39,920 nt of DNA from an uncultured Actinomyces sp. (lineage in GTDB: Bacteria > Actinomycetota > Actinomycetes > S36-B12), in the NCBI GenBank assembly GCA_964476205.1, contig CAYYZU010000001.1, positions 1 through 39,920 of the forward strand, read 5' to 3'. Below, one piece after another: positions 7,874-15,872 of the stretch. The position numbers and the translations under genes are program-made. Below the pieces are notes generated by a model. The model saw only the letters and a program-made list of their open reading frames with translations, did not search any database and was not told the DNA's origin. Numbering within the stretch: position 1 is the first letter of the stretch; every line of letters begins with the position of its first letter.

Positions 7874-7879
7874 AGGCTA
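7874..7879 (-). promoter_or_regulatory. -10-like hexamer TAGCCT upstream of the permease operon (leader of about 60 nt)
   Basis: The reverse complement of aggcta is TAGCCT. It is the only TAnnnT in the 149-nt gap between the tRNA and ATG 7806. Confidence 0.3.
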
Positions 7880-7955
7880 GCGGGTGAAGGTCCAGGGGCT
7901 GGCGAAAACGCCACAATCAACGTCAGACGGAACCCAGCCGTCGTCACTGTCTCTG

Positions 7956-8040
7956 TGTCCGAGGGGGGACTTGAACCCCCATGCCCTTTTGGGGCACTAG
8001 CACCTCAAGCTAGCGCGTCTGCCAATTCCGCCACCCGGAC
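7956..8040 (-). tRNA. tRNA-Leu (anticodon GAG), class II with a long variable arm; CCA not encoded
   Basis: The reverse complement is GTCCGGGTGGCGGAATTGGCAGACGCGCTAGCTTGAGGTGCTAGTGCCCCAAAAGGGCATGGGGGTTCAAGTCCCCCCTCGGACA. It has a 7-bp acceptor stem, an anticodon stem CTAGC/GCTAG with loop TTGAGGT, a T-loop GGTTCAAGTCC and discriminator A. Confidence 0.9.
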
Positions 8041-8107
8041 GTGGTGGGTGACCTGACCGTGAGGGGACACGACCCGATCGCCGACGGAGAGGATAACAAC
8101 AGGCCAA

Positions 8108-8135
8108 GCCCTGCCTCGCACTGCCTCGGCAGGGC
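8108..8135. repeat. Perfect 8-bp inverted repeat GCCCTGCC-N12-GGCAGGGC, containing a direct repeat CTGCCTC x2
   Basis: Read directly from the sequence. It lies between the tRNA-Leu upstream region and the M20 peptidase start. Confidence 0.6.
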
Positions 8136-8146
8136 AGGATGGGCCC

Positions 8147-9484
8147 GTGGAGATGGCAGCGGCAGACCCGAGTCAAGAGGCAGTCGCTGCGCAGGCGGAG
8201 GTTATCGACATCCTGCGCGATCTGATCCGCATCGACACCACCAATGACGGCACCGACACCGGTCCCGGGGAGGCGTTGGCGGCTGAGTACGTCGAGGCGT
8301 CGCTGGCGGAAGCTGGGCTCGAGACAGAGCGCTTCACCACGACGTCATCGCGGCGCCAGGGTGTCGTCGCGCGACTGCCGGGCACGGATCCGTCGCGTCC
8401 GCGGCTGCTCCTGCACGGCCATCTCGACGTGGTCCCCGCCCGTGCGTCTCACTGGTCCGTGCCGCCCTTTGCCGCCGAGGTGCTCGACGGCATGGTGTGG
8501 GGCCGAGGTGCGGTCGACATGAAGGACATGGACGCGATGCTCATCTCGCTCGCGCGAGCGTGGGGCCGATCAGGTCTGCGTCCTTCCCGTGATCTCGTCT
8601 TCCTCTTCATTCCCGACGAGGAAGCGGGTGGCCAGCATGGCTCGCATTGGATCGTGGACCATCGCCCCGACATCCTCGAAGGCGTGAGCGAAGGAGTCAG
8701 CGAGGTGGGGGGCTTCTCGCTGACGCTCCCCGACGACCGCCGCCTGTATCTCATCCAGACCGCGGAGAAAGGGATCGCGTGGATGCGGCTCATCGCCGAG
8801 GGAACGGCTGGTCACGGCTCCGCTCTCACGGGCGATAACGCCGTGACAGAGGTGGCGGCGGCCGTCACTCGCATCGGCCAGCACCGCTGGCCCGTCCAAC
8901 TCTCGCCGACGGCCCGGCACATGGTGAGCGCCATCAGCGAGGCCTACGGCATCGATCTCGACCTCGAGGATCCGGAGTCCCTCACCCGGCAACTTGGCCC
9001 GGTAGCCCGCTTCATCGGCGCGGGGACGCGCAATACGACGAACCCGACCATGCTCGAGGCTGGCTACAAGGCCAACGTCATCCCCGCTGACGCGACAGCG
9101 GTCATCGACGGCAGGTACGTCCCCGGCGAGGAGCGCGCCTTCCTGTCGGAGATCGACCGACTTCTCGGGCCCACGGTGCGCCGGGAGTTCATCAACCACG
9201 ACGTTGCTCTCGAAGCTTCGTACGAGGTCCCCCTCGTGGATGCCATGCGCGCAGCCATCGAGGCAGAGGATCCCGGTGCGGCGGTCGCTCCCTACCTACT
9301 CTCGGCTGGGACCGACGCCAAAGCTTTTTCCCGACTTGGCGTGCACGGATACGGATTCTCGCCCCTGCGCCTACCCCCGGATCTTGACTTCACGGCTCTC
9401 TTCCATGGTGTCGACGAGCGGGTGCCGATCGATTCGGTGCACTTCGGCGTGCGGGCCCTCGATCGCTTCCTGCGCCTCGCCTAG
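8147..9484 (+). CDS. M20/M25/M40 family metallopeptidase (DapE/ArgE-like)
   Basis: LLLHGHLDVVP, GRGAVDMKD and IPDEEAGG metal-ligand motifs are present, and the length is 445 aa. The start is GTG 8147 or ATG 8153. Confidence 0.85.
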   Translation: MEMAAADPSQEAVAAQAEVIDILRDLIRIDTTNDGTDTGPGEALAAEYVEASLAEAGLETERFTTTSSRRQGVVARLPGTDPSRPRLLLHGHLDVVPARASHWSVPPFAAEVLDGMVWGRGAVDMKDMDAMLISLARAWGRSGLRPSRDLVFLFIPDEEAGGQHGSHWIVDHRPDILEGVSEGVSEVGGFSLTLPDDRRLYLIQTAEKGIAWMRLIAEGTAGHGSALTGDNAVTEVAAAVTRIGQHRWPVQLSPTARHMVSAISEAYGIDLDLEDPESLTRQLGPVARFIGAGTRNTTNPTMLEAGYKANVIPADATAVIDGRYVPGEERAFLSEIDRLLGPTVRREFINHDVALEASYEVPLVDAMRAAIEAEDPGAAVAPYLLSAGTDAKAFSRLGVHGYGFSPLRLPPDLDFTALFHGVDERVPIDSVHFGVRALDRFLRLA

Positions 9485-9522
9485 TCAGCACGGCGACCGC
9501 TCGCCAGCACTGCCACCGACCT

Positions 9523-9723
9523 TCAGGCCGTGCGCTCCACGCGCATCACGCGGCGACGCAGCCACACGCGGCGGCGGCCGTCGGGATAGATCCGCAGACG
9601 CGCCAACTCCCAGCGCCCGTACTCGGCGTACTCCGTCAGCACGCTCCGCGCCACGTCCCGGCTCGTCTCGCGAGGCAGCGCGAACTCGCGGTACTCGTAG
9701 GCGCTACTGCGCGTCGCCGACAT
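9523..9723 (-). CDS. Small conserved actinobacterial protein (DUF5703-like), 66 aa
   Basis: EYREFALPRETSRDVARSVLTEYAEYGRWELARLRIYPDGRRRVWLRRRVMRV matches my memory of the DUF5703 pattern (AEYG.WEL.R.R.Y..G.R.VWLRRR). GGAGG lies 6 nt upstream of the ATG. Confidence 0.65.
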   Translation of the reverse strand: MSATRSSAYEYREFALPRETSRDVARSVLTEYAEYGRWELARLRIYPDGRRRVWLRRRVMRVERTA

Positions 9724-9744
9724 CGCTGCCCTCCCGCGTCGAGC

Positions 9745-10701
9745 CTAGGCGGATCCTGATCCCGGTTCACCATCATGGCCGACCGGCAGGGCCTCGTCAG
9801 CGACCTCGTCCAGTGCCTGGCGAATCTCGGCGGGCATGACGACATCGGCGCCGGCAAGGGTCGCCCGCCACTGGTGCACCGTGCGAGCGCCCACCAAGGC
9901 GGCCGTGACACCCGGACGGCCGCGCACCCAGGCCAGCGCCAGCGATCCAGGCGTCGTGCCGAGCCCTTCCGCCGCCGCGCACAGCCCATCGACGACGGGG
10001 CGCGACCGCGCGGATCGGTAGCGGTGCACGCGCGCCGCATGGCGCTCACTGGCGCCTCGCGAATCAGGGGGAGTGGAGTGGCGGTACTTCCCCGTGAGGA
10101 CGCCACCGGCCAGTGGCCATGCTGCGATGAGGCCCGCGCCGACGGCCATCGACACGTCGGCCGATTCCTCGGCAGCGACGCGGTCGAGCAGGGAGTAGGC
10201 CGATGTGACGGCGGCGAGGGGCGGTCGGTCGGGGTGCATGGCGAGGCCCGCGCCCACCAGGGCGGCATGCCAAGGCGCGGGAGGACACACGCCGACGTAG
10301 CGTGCCCTCCCGCTTGCCACGGCGACGGCCAGTGCCGAGACGAGCTCGGGCCACGGCAGTCCCGCGTCCCATCCCTCCACGGTCCACAGGTCCGCATGGC
10401 CGATGCCCAGGGTGGCGAGGGCATCGTCGAGTCCCGCCAGCAGATCGCGCTGCGAGCCTGTGGCAGGGAGGCGGACAGCGATAAAGGCCTCGCGTCGCAG
10501 CGCCGAGTCGGAGAAGGCCTCGGCGGCGCACCCGCCCTGCCAAGCCTCCGGGGAGAGGTCCACGAGGTTGCCGCCGGCGTCGACGAGCATGGCGAGCTGC
10601 TCGCGTGCCTCCGAGCGGTCGGTCCCTCGCCCCCAGGTCGCAGTGCCCAGACCGATCGTGCCGACGCTGGCGCCGGTCACTCCAAGCCTGCGACGCTCCA
10701 C
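9745..10701 (-). CDS. Aldo/keto reductase
   Basis: The N-terminus (V)ERRRLGVTGASVGTIGLGTATWG is typical of the AKR family, and the length is 318 aa. The start is GTG. Confidence 0.8.
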   Translation of the reverse strand: MERRRLGVTGASVGTIGLGTATWGRGTDRSEAREQLAMLVDAGGNLVDLSPEAWQGGCAAEAFSDSALRREAFIAVRLPATGSQRDLLAGLDDALATLGIGHADLWTVEGWDAGLPWPELVSALAVAVASGRARYVGVCPPAPWHAALVGAGLAMHPDRPPLAAVTSAYSLLDRVAAEESADVSMAVGAGLIAAWPLAGGVLTGKYRHSTPPDSRGASERHAARVHRYRSARSRPVVDGLCAAAEGLGTTPGSLALAWVRGRPGVTAALVGARTVHQWRATLAGADVVMPAEIRQALDEVADEALPVGHDGEPGSGSA

Positions 10702-10707
10702 GTGGGC

Positions 10708-10713
10708 AACCTA
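10708..10713 (-). promoter_or_regulatory. -10-like hexamer TAGGTT, 6 nt upstream of GTG 10701 (candidate leaderless promoter)
   Basis: The reverse complement of aaccta is TAGGTT, followed by the spacer gcccac and then GTG. Confidence 0.4.
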
Positions 10714-10731
10714 GCCAGGCCGAGGGCCGGA

Positions 10732-10737
10732 TAGGCT
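10732..10737 (+). promoter_or_regulatory. -10-like hexamer TAGGCT upstream of the LLM oxidoreductase gene (leadered; SD GGGGAGG present)
   Basis: TAGGCT lies about 60 nt before ATG 10798. The SD GGGGAGG ends 5 nt before the ATG. Confidence 0.3.
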
Positions 10738-10797
10738 CACCCGACACGCGCAAGGCCTCCGGAGCCCCGAGGGCGCGCATCGCACTGGGGAGGACGC

Positions 10798-11850
10798 ATG
10801 CGGCTCGGTCTCAATCTCGGCTACTGGGGTGCTGGTAACGACGCTGACAACCTCGCACTCGCTCGGGAGGCCGACCGCGTCGGCTACGCCGTTGCCTGGG
10901 CCGCCGAGGCGTACGGATCTGATGCGGCCACGGTGCTCGCGTGGGTGGCCGCGCAGACCGAGCGCATCGACGTGGGCTCCGCCATCTTCCAGATCCCCGG
11001 ACGCACGCCGGCAAACACCGCCATGACCGCGGCGACCCTTGACACGCTCTCCGGGGGGCGTTTCCGCCTGGGCCTGGGCGTCTCAGGGCCCCAGGTGTCG
11101 GAGGGGTGGCACGGGGTGCGCTTCGACAAGCCCCTTGCCCGCACGCGGGAGTACGTCGCCATCGTGCGCAAGGCGCTCGCGCGCGAACGCCTCACCTTCG
11201 ACGGGGAGTTCTTCACTCTGCCGCTTCCCGATGGCCCTGGTAAGGCCCTCACGTTGACCGTGCACCCGGTACGCGATCGGATCCCGATCTACCTCGCGGC
11301 CGTCGGTCCTCGCAATCTCGAGCTCGCGGGCGAGATCGCCGATGGGTGGCTGGCGATCTTCTTCGACCCGGATCACGCGGGGGAACTCCTCGGCCACATC
11401 CGTGCGGGCCGGGAGAAGGCCGGGTTGGGTATGGAGGGCTTCGACATCGTGCCCACGGTGCCCGTGATCATCGGCGACGACATCGAGGCCTGCGCCGAGC
11501 CGGTACGCGCCTACTGCGCTCTCTACATCGGAGGCATGGGATCGCGCGAGAAGAACTTCTACAACGCGCTAGCGGTGCGCATGGGTTTCGGCGACGCGGC
11601 AGCACAGATCCAGGATCTCTATCTCGCGAAGGACTACGCGGGGGCGGCGGCCGCCGTGCCGCTGGAGTTCATCCAGCGCACGTCACTCATCGGGCCACCC
11701 GATGTCATCGCAGAGCGGCTCAAGGACTACGCAGCCGCAGGCGTCACCACACTGAGCATCGCCAGCTACTACGACACACTGGAAAAGCGTATGGAAACGG
11801 TGCGCCTGATGCCCGAGCTCCTCGCCCAGGCGGGGCTCGCGGAGGCCTAG
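10798..11850 (+). CDS. LLM-class (luciferase-like) F420-dependent oxidoreductase
   Basis: MRLGLNLGYWG...VGYAVAWAAEAYGSDA...GGRFRLGLGVSGPQVSEGWHG is the typical LLM F420-family N-terminal half. Confidence 0.8.
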   Translation: MRLGLNLGYWGAGNDADNLALAREADRVGYAVAWAAEAYGSDAATVLAWVAAQTERIDVGSAIFQIPGRTPANTAMTAATLDTLSGGRFRLGLGVSGPQVSEGWHGVRFDKPLARTREYVAIVRKALARERLTFDGEFFTLPLPDGPGKALTLTVHPVRDRIPIYLAAVGPRNLELAGEIADGWLAIFFDPDHAGELLGHIRAGREKAGLGMEGFDIVPTVPVIIGDDIEACAEPVRAYCALYIGGMGSREKNFYNALAVRMGFGDAAAQIQDLYLAKDYAGAAAAVPLEFIQRTSLIGPPDVIAERLKDYAAAGVTTLSIASYYDTLEKRMETVRLMPELLAQAGLAEA

Positions 11851-11902
11851 GAGCAATGCTCACCCCGGCAGTGACACGGCCCCGGCCCATGCGTCTGGCG
11901 CC

Positions 11903-12724
11903 ATGACCTGGTTCGAGGCGATCGTCCTCGGACTGATCCAGGGGCTCACGGAGTTCCTCCCCATCTCCTCAAGCGCCCACATCCTGGTGCTGTCGCGCAT
12001 TTTCGGCTGGGGGGACCCGGGGGCGGCGTTCACCGCCGTCACGCAGATCGGCACCGAGGCGGCTGTCCTCATCTACTTCCGCCACGACATCGCACGCATC
12101 ATCAGCGCATGGGCGCGCAGTCTGGTGCGACCTGAATTGCGAGGCACCGCGGATGCGCGCCTGGGCTGGTACGTGATCCTCGGGACCATCCCCATCGTGG
12201 TGCTCGGCCTGGCCTTCACGGAGCAGATCGAGACGGTCGCGCGCAACCTCTGGATCACCGCCACGATGCTGGCTGTTTTCGGCGTGCTCCTGGGCCTTGC
12301 GGACCGATTCGGCCGCAAGGAGAGAGTGATCAGCGACATGCGGACCAGGGATGCCATCGGGCTCGGCTTCGCTCAGGCGCTTGCCCTGATTCCCGGCGTC
12401 TCGCGATCCGGCGCGACCATCACGATGGGCCTCACATTGGGCTACACCCGGGAGGCTGCGACCCGGTATGCCTTCCTCCTTGCCATCCCCGCTGTGCTCG
12501 GGTCGGGTTTCTACGAGGCGACCCGGATCGGCGACGACCCCCAGGTGGCATGGGGCCAGACCATCGTGGCGACCGGTATCGCCTTTGTGGTCGGCTATGC
12601 GGTCATCGCATGGCTCCTGCGCTACCTGCGGACGGGCTCCTATCTGCCGTTCGTCGCCTACCGACTGGCGCTCGCAGCGCTCATCGTGGGCCTTCTCGTG
12701 ACCGGCACCATCACGGCCACCTGA
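11903..12724 (+). CDS. uppP: Undecaprenyl-diphosphate phosphatase
   Basis: GLIQGLTEFLPISSSAH and PGVSRSGATI are the signature motifs, on a multi-TM protein of 273 aa. Confidence 0.9.
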   Translation: MTWFEAIVLGLIQGLTEFLPISSSAHILVLSRIFGWGDPGAAFTAVTQIGTEAAVLIYFRHDIARIISAWARSLVRPELRGTADARLGWYVILGTIPIVVLGLAFTEQIETVARNLWITATMLAVFGVLLGLADRFGRKERVISDMRTRDAIGLGFAQALALIPGVSRSGATITMGLTLGYTREAATRYAFLLAIPAVLGSGFYEATRIGDDPQVAWGQTIVATGIAFVVGYAVIAWLLRYLRTGSYLPFVAYRLALAALIVGLLVTGTITAT

Positions 12725-12739
12725 GCGACCGGTGCCGGC

Positions 12740-13738
12740 TCAGAGCCAGCCGGACTTCTTGAAGCCGCGGTAGAGGAGCAGGCAGATTCCCGCCATGACG
12801 GCGACGACAACGGGGTATCCGAAGGTCCAGTGCAACTCCGGCATGTCGTCGAAGTTCATGCCGTAGATGCCAGCGATCGCGGTGGGCACGGCGATGATGG
12901 CCGCCCAGGCGGAGATTTTGCGCATGTCCTTGTTTTGCAGGAGGTCCTGGCGGGCGGTACTCGCCATGAGCATGGTCATGAGGGTGGAGTCGAAGCCGTC
13001 CACCATGTCGCCCGCCCGAAGGATGTTGTCGCCGACGTCTCTCAAGTAGGGATGCAGCGGCTCGGGCACCAGGGGCAGCGACTCGCGTGCCAGTCTCTGC
13101 GAGTCGGGCAGGAGCGGCTGGACGGCGCGGCGCATCTCGATGTTCTCGCGATTGAGGCGGTAGATGCGATTAGCGGCCTGGGAGGGCTGATCGGAGAAGA
13201 CCTGCTGCTCGATCTCCTCGATGTCGGACTGGATTGCCTCGCCCACCTCCAGATACTGCCGGGCCGCGACGTCGGCGATGGCCCAGAAGACCGACAGGGG
13301 CCCCGTGGCCGCAAGTTCGGGGTGCGCGGCGAGGCGTGCGGCAACGACCGCGGTGTCTTCCGCGCGGTTCATGCGCATCGTGATGGCGAAGCCGGGCCCC
13401 ACAAAGCACGCGACCTGTCCCGTTTCGACGTCCGACGTGTCATCGACCCACTCCAAGACCTTGAGGAGCACGAAGAGACTCTTGTCGCCGATGTCGATCT
13501 TGGCACGCTGTTGCCGCGAGGTGGCGTCCTCGAGCAGGAGCGGCTCCAGGTGGAAGGTCTCGGCGACGAGGTCCACCTCGGCGCGCGTGGGGTCCGAGAG
13601 AGCAACCCAGGTGAAGTCGGTGTTGGCTACGACGCCGTCCCTTGCGCGCTCGAGTTCATGCCGCGTGGCGGTGTCGGGGGCCTGCGGGACCTCCGCGACC
13701 AGCCGTCCGTCGCGGTAGGTCCCCATGATCCGGATCAC
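12740..13738 (-). CDS. corA: Magnesium/cobalt transporter CorA
   Basis: The C-terminus has YGMNFDDMPEL (GMN motif) plus two TM helices. The start is trimmed to GTG 13738 ((V)IRIMGTYRDGRL), with GGAGG 7 nt upstream. Confidence 0.85.
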   Translation of the reverse strand: MIRIMGTYRDGRLVAEVPQAPDTATRHELERARDGVVANTDFTWVALSDPTRAEVDLVAETFHLEPLLLEDATSRQQRAKIDIGDKSLFVLLKVLEWVDDTSDVETGQVACFVGPGFAITMRMNRAEDTAVVAARLAAHPELAATGPLSVFWAIADVAARQYLEVGEAIQSDIEEIEQQVFSDQPSQAANRIYRLNRENIEMRRAVQPLLPDSQRLARESLPLVPEPLHPYLRDVGDNILRAGDMVDGFDSTLMTMLMASTARQDLLQNKDMRKISAWAAIIAVPTAIAGIYGMNFDDMPELHWTFGYPVVVAVMAGICLLLYRGFKKSGWL

Positions 13739-13781
13739 GTGTCGCCTCCTATGGCAGCAGCCTCGAGCCCCGGCCGTCCGA

Positions 13782-13787
13782 TAGCGT
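13782..13787 (+). promoter_or_regulatory. -10-like hexamer TAGCGT, 6 nt upstream of ATG 13794 (candidate leaderless promoter)
   Basis: The sequence reads TAGCGT cgcggc ATG. No SD is present. Confidence 0.45.
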
Positions 13788-13793
13788 CGCGGC

Positions 13794-14474
13794 ATGGCGC
13801 TGGTCTTCCTTGTTCGACATGGTCGCACGCCAGCCAACGCGACCGGGATCCTTGCCGGGTGGACACCGGGTGTTCATTTGGACGAGCAGGGTGAAGCTCA
13901 GGCCGCCGCGGCTGCCCAGCGCCTCAGTTCACTTCGCCTGGCCACCATCGTGAGCAGCCCCCTGGAGCGCACCGTGCAGACAGCCGAGGCAATCGCCCTT
14001 GGCCAGCGGCGCCCGCCCACCATCGAACTCGACGACCGCCTGGGGGAGTGCCGTTACGGCGAATGGACCAACCGGCCGTTGAAGGAGCTCGCGAAGACAC
14101 CGCTCTGGCGCACGGTCCAGGAGCGGCCGAGCGCCGTGACCTTCCCCGAGGGTGAGTCGCTGCCCGAGATGCAGGCACGAGCCCTCGCGGCCGTGCACGA
14201 CTGGAACGCGCGTCTGGGCGAGCGCGCTACCTACGCCATGGTGTCGCACGGCGATGTCATCAAGGCCATCCTCGCGGACGCGCTGGGCACGCACCTCGAT
14301 CAGTTCCAGCGCATCGTGGTGGATCCCGCCTCGGTGTCGGTCGTGCGCTACGGCTCGCGCGGAGTACAGGTGCTCCACGTCAACGACAGGGGATCCGATC
14401 TCTCCGCATTCGCGCGCACCCGATCTCGTCGGCGCGTCGAAGGCACGGTCGGCGGTGGCTCGGGGGAGCGCTAA
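13794..14474 (+). CDS. Histidine phosphatase family protein (MSMEG_4193-type putative phosphomutase/phosphatase)
   Basis: LVRHGRTPANATGILAGW (RHG motif) and MVSHGDVIKA are present. It occupies the conserved position upstream of the DUF3090/SCO1664 genes and mshC. Confidence 0.8.
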   Translation: MALVFLVRHGRTPANATGILAGWTPGVHLDEQGEAQAAAAAQRLSSLRLATIVSSPLERTVQTAEAIALGQRRPPTIELDDRLGECRYGEWTNRPLKELAKTPLWRTVQERPSAVTFPEGESLPEMQARALAAVHDWNARLGERATYAMVSHGDVIKAILADALGTHLDQFQRIVVDPASVSVVRYGSRGVQVLHVNDRGSDLSAFARTRSRRRVEGTVGGGSGER

Positions 14475-14488
14475 CGGAGCTCCCCGGA

Positions 14489-14494
14489 TACGGT
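14489..14494 (+). promoter_or_regulatory. -10-like hexamer TACGGT, 6 nt upstream of GTG 14501
   Basis: The sequence reads TACGGT gacgtt GTG. It would be an internal promoter candidate within the cluster. Confidence 0.3.
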
Positions 14495-14500
14495 GACGTT

Positions 14501-15040
14501 GTGCCCCGTCGCATCCACTCCTACGTCAACCCGCGGCGCTTCGTCGCCGGCACAGTAGGTCTACCCGGGGAGCGCACGTTTTATCTCCAGGCGAGTGACG
14601 ACCGGTCCGTGACGTCCGTGTCCCTTGAGAAGGCCCAGGTGAGCATGCTCGCCGAGCGGATCGCGCGGCTCCTCGTGCAAGGAGACGTGCCCGAGTCGGC
14701 TGGTCGTGACGACAATGATCCCCTGTCCCTCCCGCTCGAGGAAGAGTTCCGGGTCGGTGCTCTCGGGCTTGCCTGGATCGCCGACGAGGGCACGGACGAG
14801 GGGCTCCTACTCGAAGCGCACGCGCTCGGCGAGGAGGAGGCCGCCGAGCCCGGTGACGACGACCCCGATGCGGCAGACACCCTACGCGTGTTCCTCTTAC
14901 CGGAAGCGGCTGCGGCGTTCGCGCGTCGCGCGCAGGCCCTTGTCGCCGCTGGACGTCCACCCTGTCCTTTTTGTATGCAGCCGCTCGACCCGGGTGGGCA
15001 CATCTGCCCGCGCGCCAACGGCTATCGGCGACGAGCGTGA
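14501..15040 (+). CDS. DUF3090 domain protein with a C-terminal Cys/His zinc-ribbon-like motif
   Basis: PRRFVAGTVGLPGERTFYLQA is present, and the C-terminus reads CPFCMQPLDPGGHICPRANGYRR. Confidence 0.75.
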   Translation: MPRRIHSYVNPRRFVAGTVGLPGERTFYLQASDDRSVTSVSLEKAQVSMLAERIARLLVQGDVPESAGRDDNDPLSLPLEEEFRVGALGLAWIADEGTDEGLLLEAHALGEEEAAEPGDDDPDAADTLRVFLLPEAAAAFARRAQALVAAGRPPCPFCMQPLDPGGHICPRANGYRRRA

Positions 15041-15840
15041 GCGATCGTCTAGACGAAGCGCATCGCCTCGAGATGCTCCTCTCCACAGGAGACATGTCCA
15101 TCGAGGGACGGCTCTGGGACTCCTCCAATTCGGCGATGCGGGTGGAATGCGCCGCGGACGAGGCCCGCGTGCAGGCCGTGTACAAGCCGCGGCGCGGCGA
15201 GCGGCCCTTGTGGGACTTCCCCACCGGCACCCTCGGGCGCCGTGAAGTTGCGACCTACGTCGTGGACCGCGCCCTGGGCTGGGGTCTTGTGCCGGTGACG
15301 GTGTGGCGGGACGACGCCCCCATGGGACCGGGAAGCCTCCAGGCATGGGTCGAGGGGGACTCCGACGTGCCCCCCGTCGACGTGGTGGAAGCTCCTGCCG
15401 TGCCCCACGGATGGCATGTCGTGGCGGAGGGAGAGGGAGCGCGAGGAGATCACGTCTGCCTCGTGCACGAGGAGTCGTCTGCCCTCAGGCGCCTCGCGGT
15501 GCTCGACGCCCTCGTCAACAACGCCGATCGCAAGGGCGGGCACGTCCTGCGAGCGGGCCCCGCCCACGTGGCTGGCATCGATCACGGCCTCACCTTTCAC
15601 GAGGAAAGCAAACTCCGGACGGTCCTTTGGGGATGGGCGGGGACGCCGCTCGATGACGCCATCCTCGTGGACCTTCAGGCGATGGCCGATCAGTGGTCGA
15701 GCGTCAGCGAGGGTTTGGACATGCTCCTCACCCAAGCGGAGATATCTGCGACGGCCGATCGTCTCGCGGCCCTGCTCAGCAGCCGCGCATTCCCCGGACC
15801 GGATGGGGCCTGGCCGGCCCTGCCCTGGCCCGCCATGTGA
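15037..15840 (+). CDS. SCO1664 family protein with a PI3/PI4-kinase-like fold
   Basis: LVNNADRKGGHVL (catalytic-loop-like) and GIDHGLTFH (DFG-like) are present. GTG 15037 overlaps the DUF3090 stop as GTGA. Confidence 0.75.
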   Translation: MSDRLDEAHRLEMLLSTGDMSIEGRLWDSSNSAMRVECAADEARVQAVYKPRRGERPLWDFPTGTLGRREVATYVVDRALGWGLVPVTVWRDDAPMGPGSLQAWVEGDSDVPPVDVVEAPAVPHGWHVVAEGEGARGDHVCLVHEESSALRRLAVLDALVNNADRKGGHVLRAGPAHVAGIDHGLTFHEESKLRTVLWGWAGTPLDDAILVDLQAMADQWSSVSEGLDMLLTQAEISATADRLAALLSSRAFPGPDGAWPALPWPAM

Positions 15841-15860
15841 GCCTGGCGCGAGCAACATCC

Positions 15861-15866
15861 TAGGCT
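15861..15866 (+). promoter_or_regulatory. -10-like hexamer TAGGCT, 6 nt upstream of ATG 15873 (candidate leaderless mshC promoter)
   Basis: The sequence reads TAGGCT cgccgc ATG. No SD is present. Confidence 0.45.
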
Positions 15867-15872
15867 CGCCGC

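Noticed and set aside
7807-7955. A possible purine riboswitch or other leader RNA upstream of the nucleobase permease.
   Set aside because: I could not find the conserved purine-riboswitch core or a convincing three-way junction by eye. Only a weak 5-bp hairpin (GACGG-N7-CCGTC) follows the tRNA. This should be confirmed with a covariance-model scan (Rfam/Infernal).
7805-8146. tRNA-Leu as an integration site for a genomic island or prophage.
   Set aside because: There is no integrase, no duplicated tRNA 3' fragment and no mobile-element genes on either side. The flanking genes are ordinary metabolic genes with host-like composition.
9742-9747. A TAGGCT hexamer overlapping the AKR stop codon as a promoter for the DUF5703-like gene.
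   Set aside because: The predicted transcription start would fall inside or at the edge of the GGAGG SD of the small gene. Read-through from the AKR gene is the simpler explanation.
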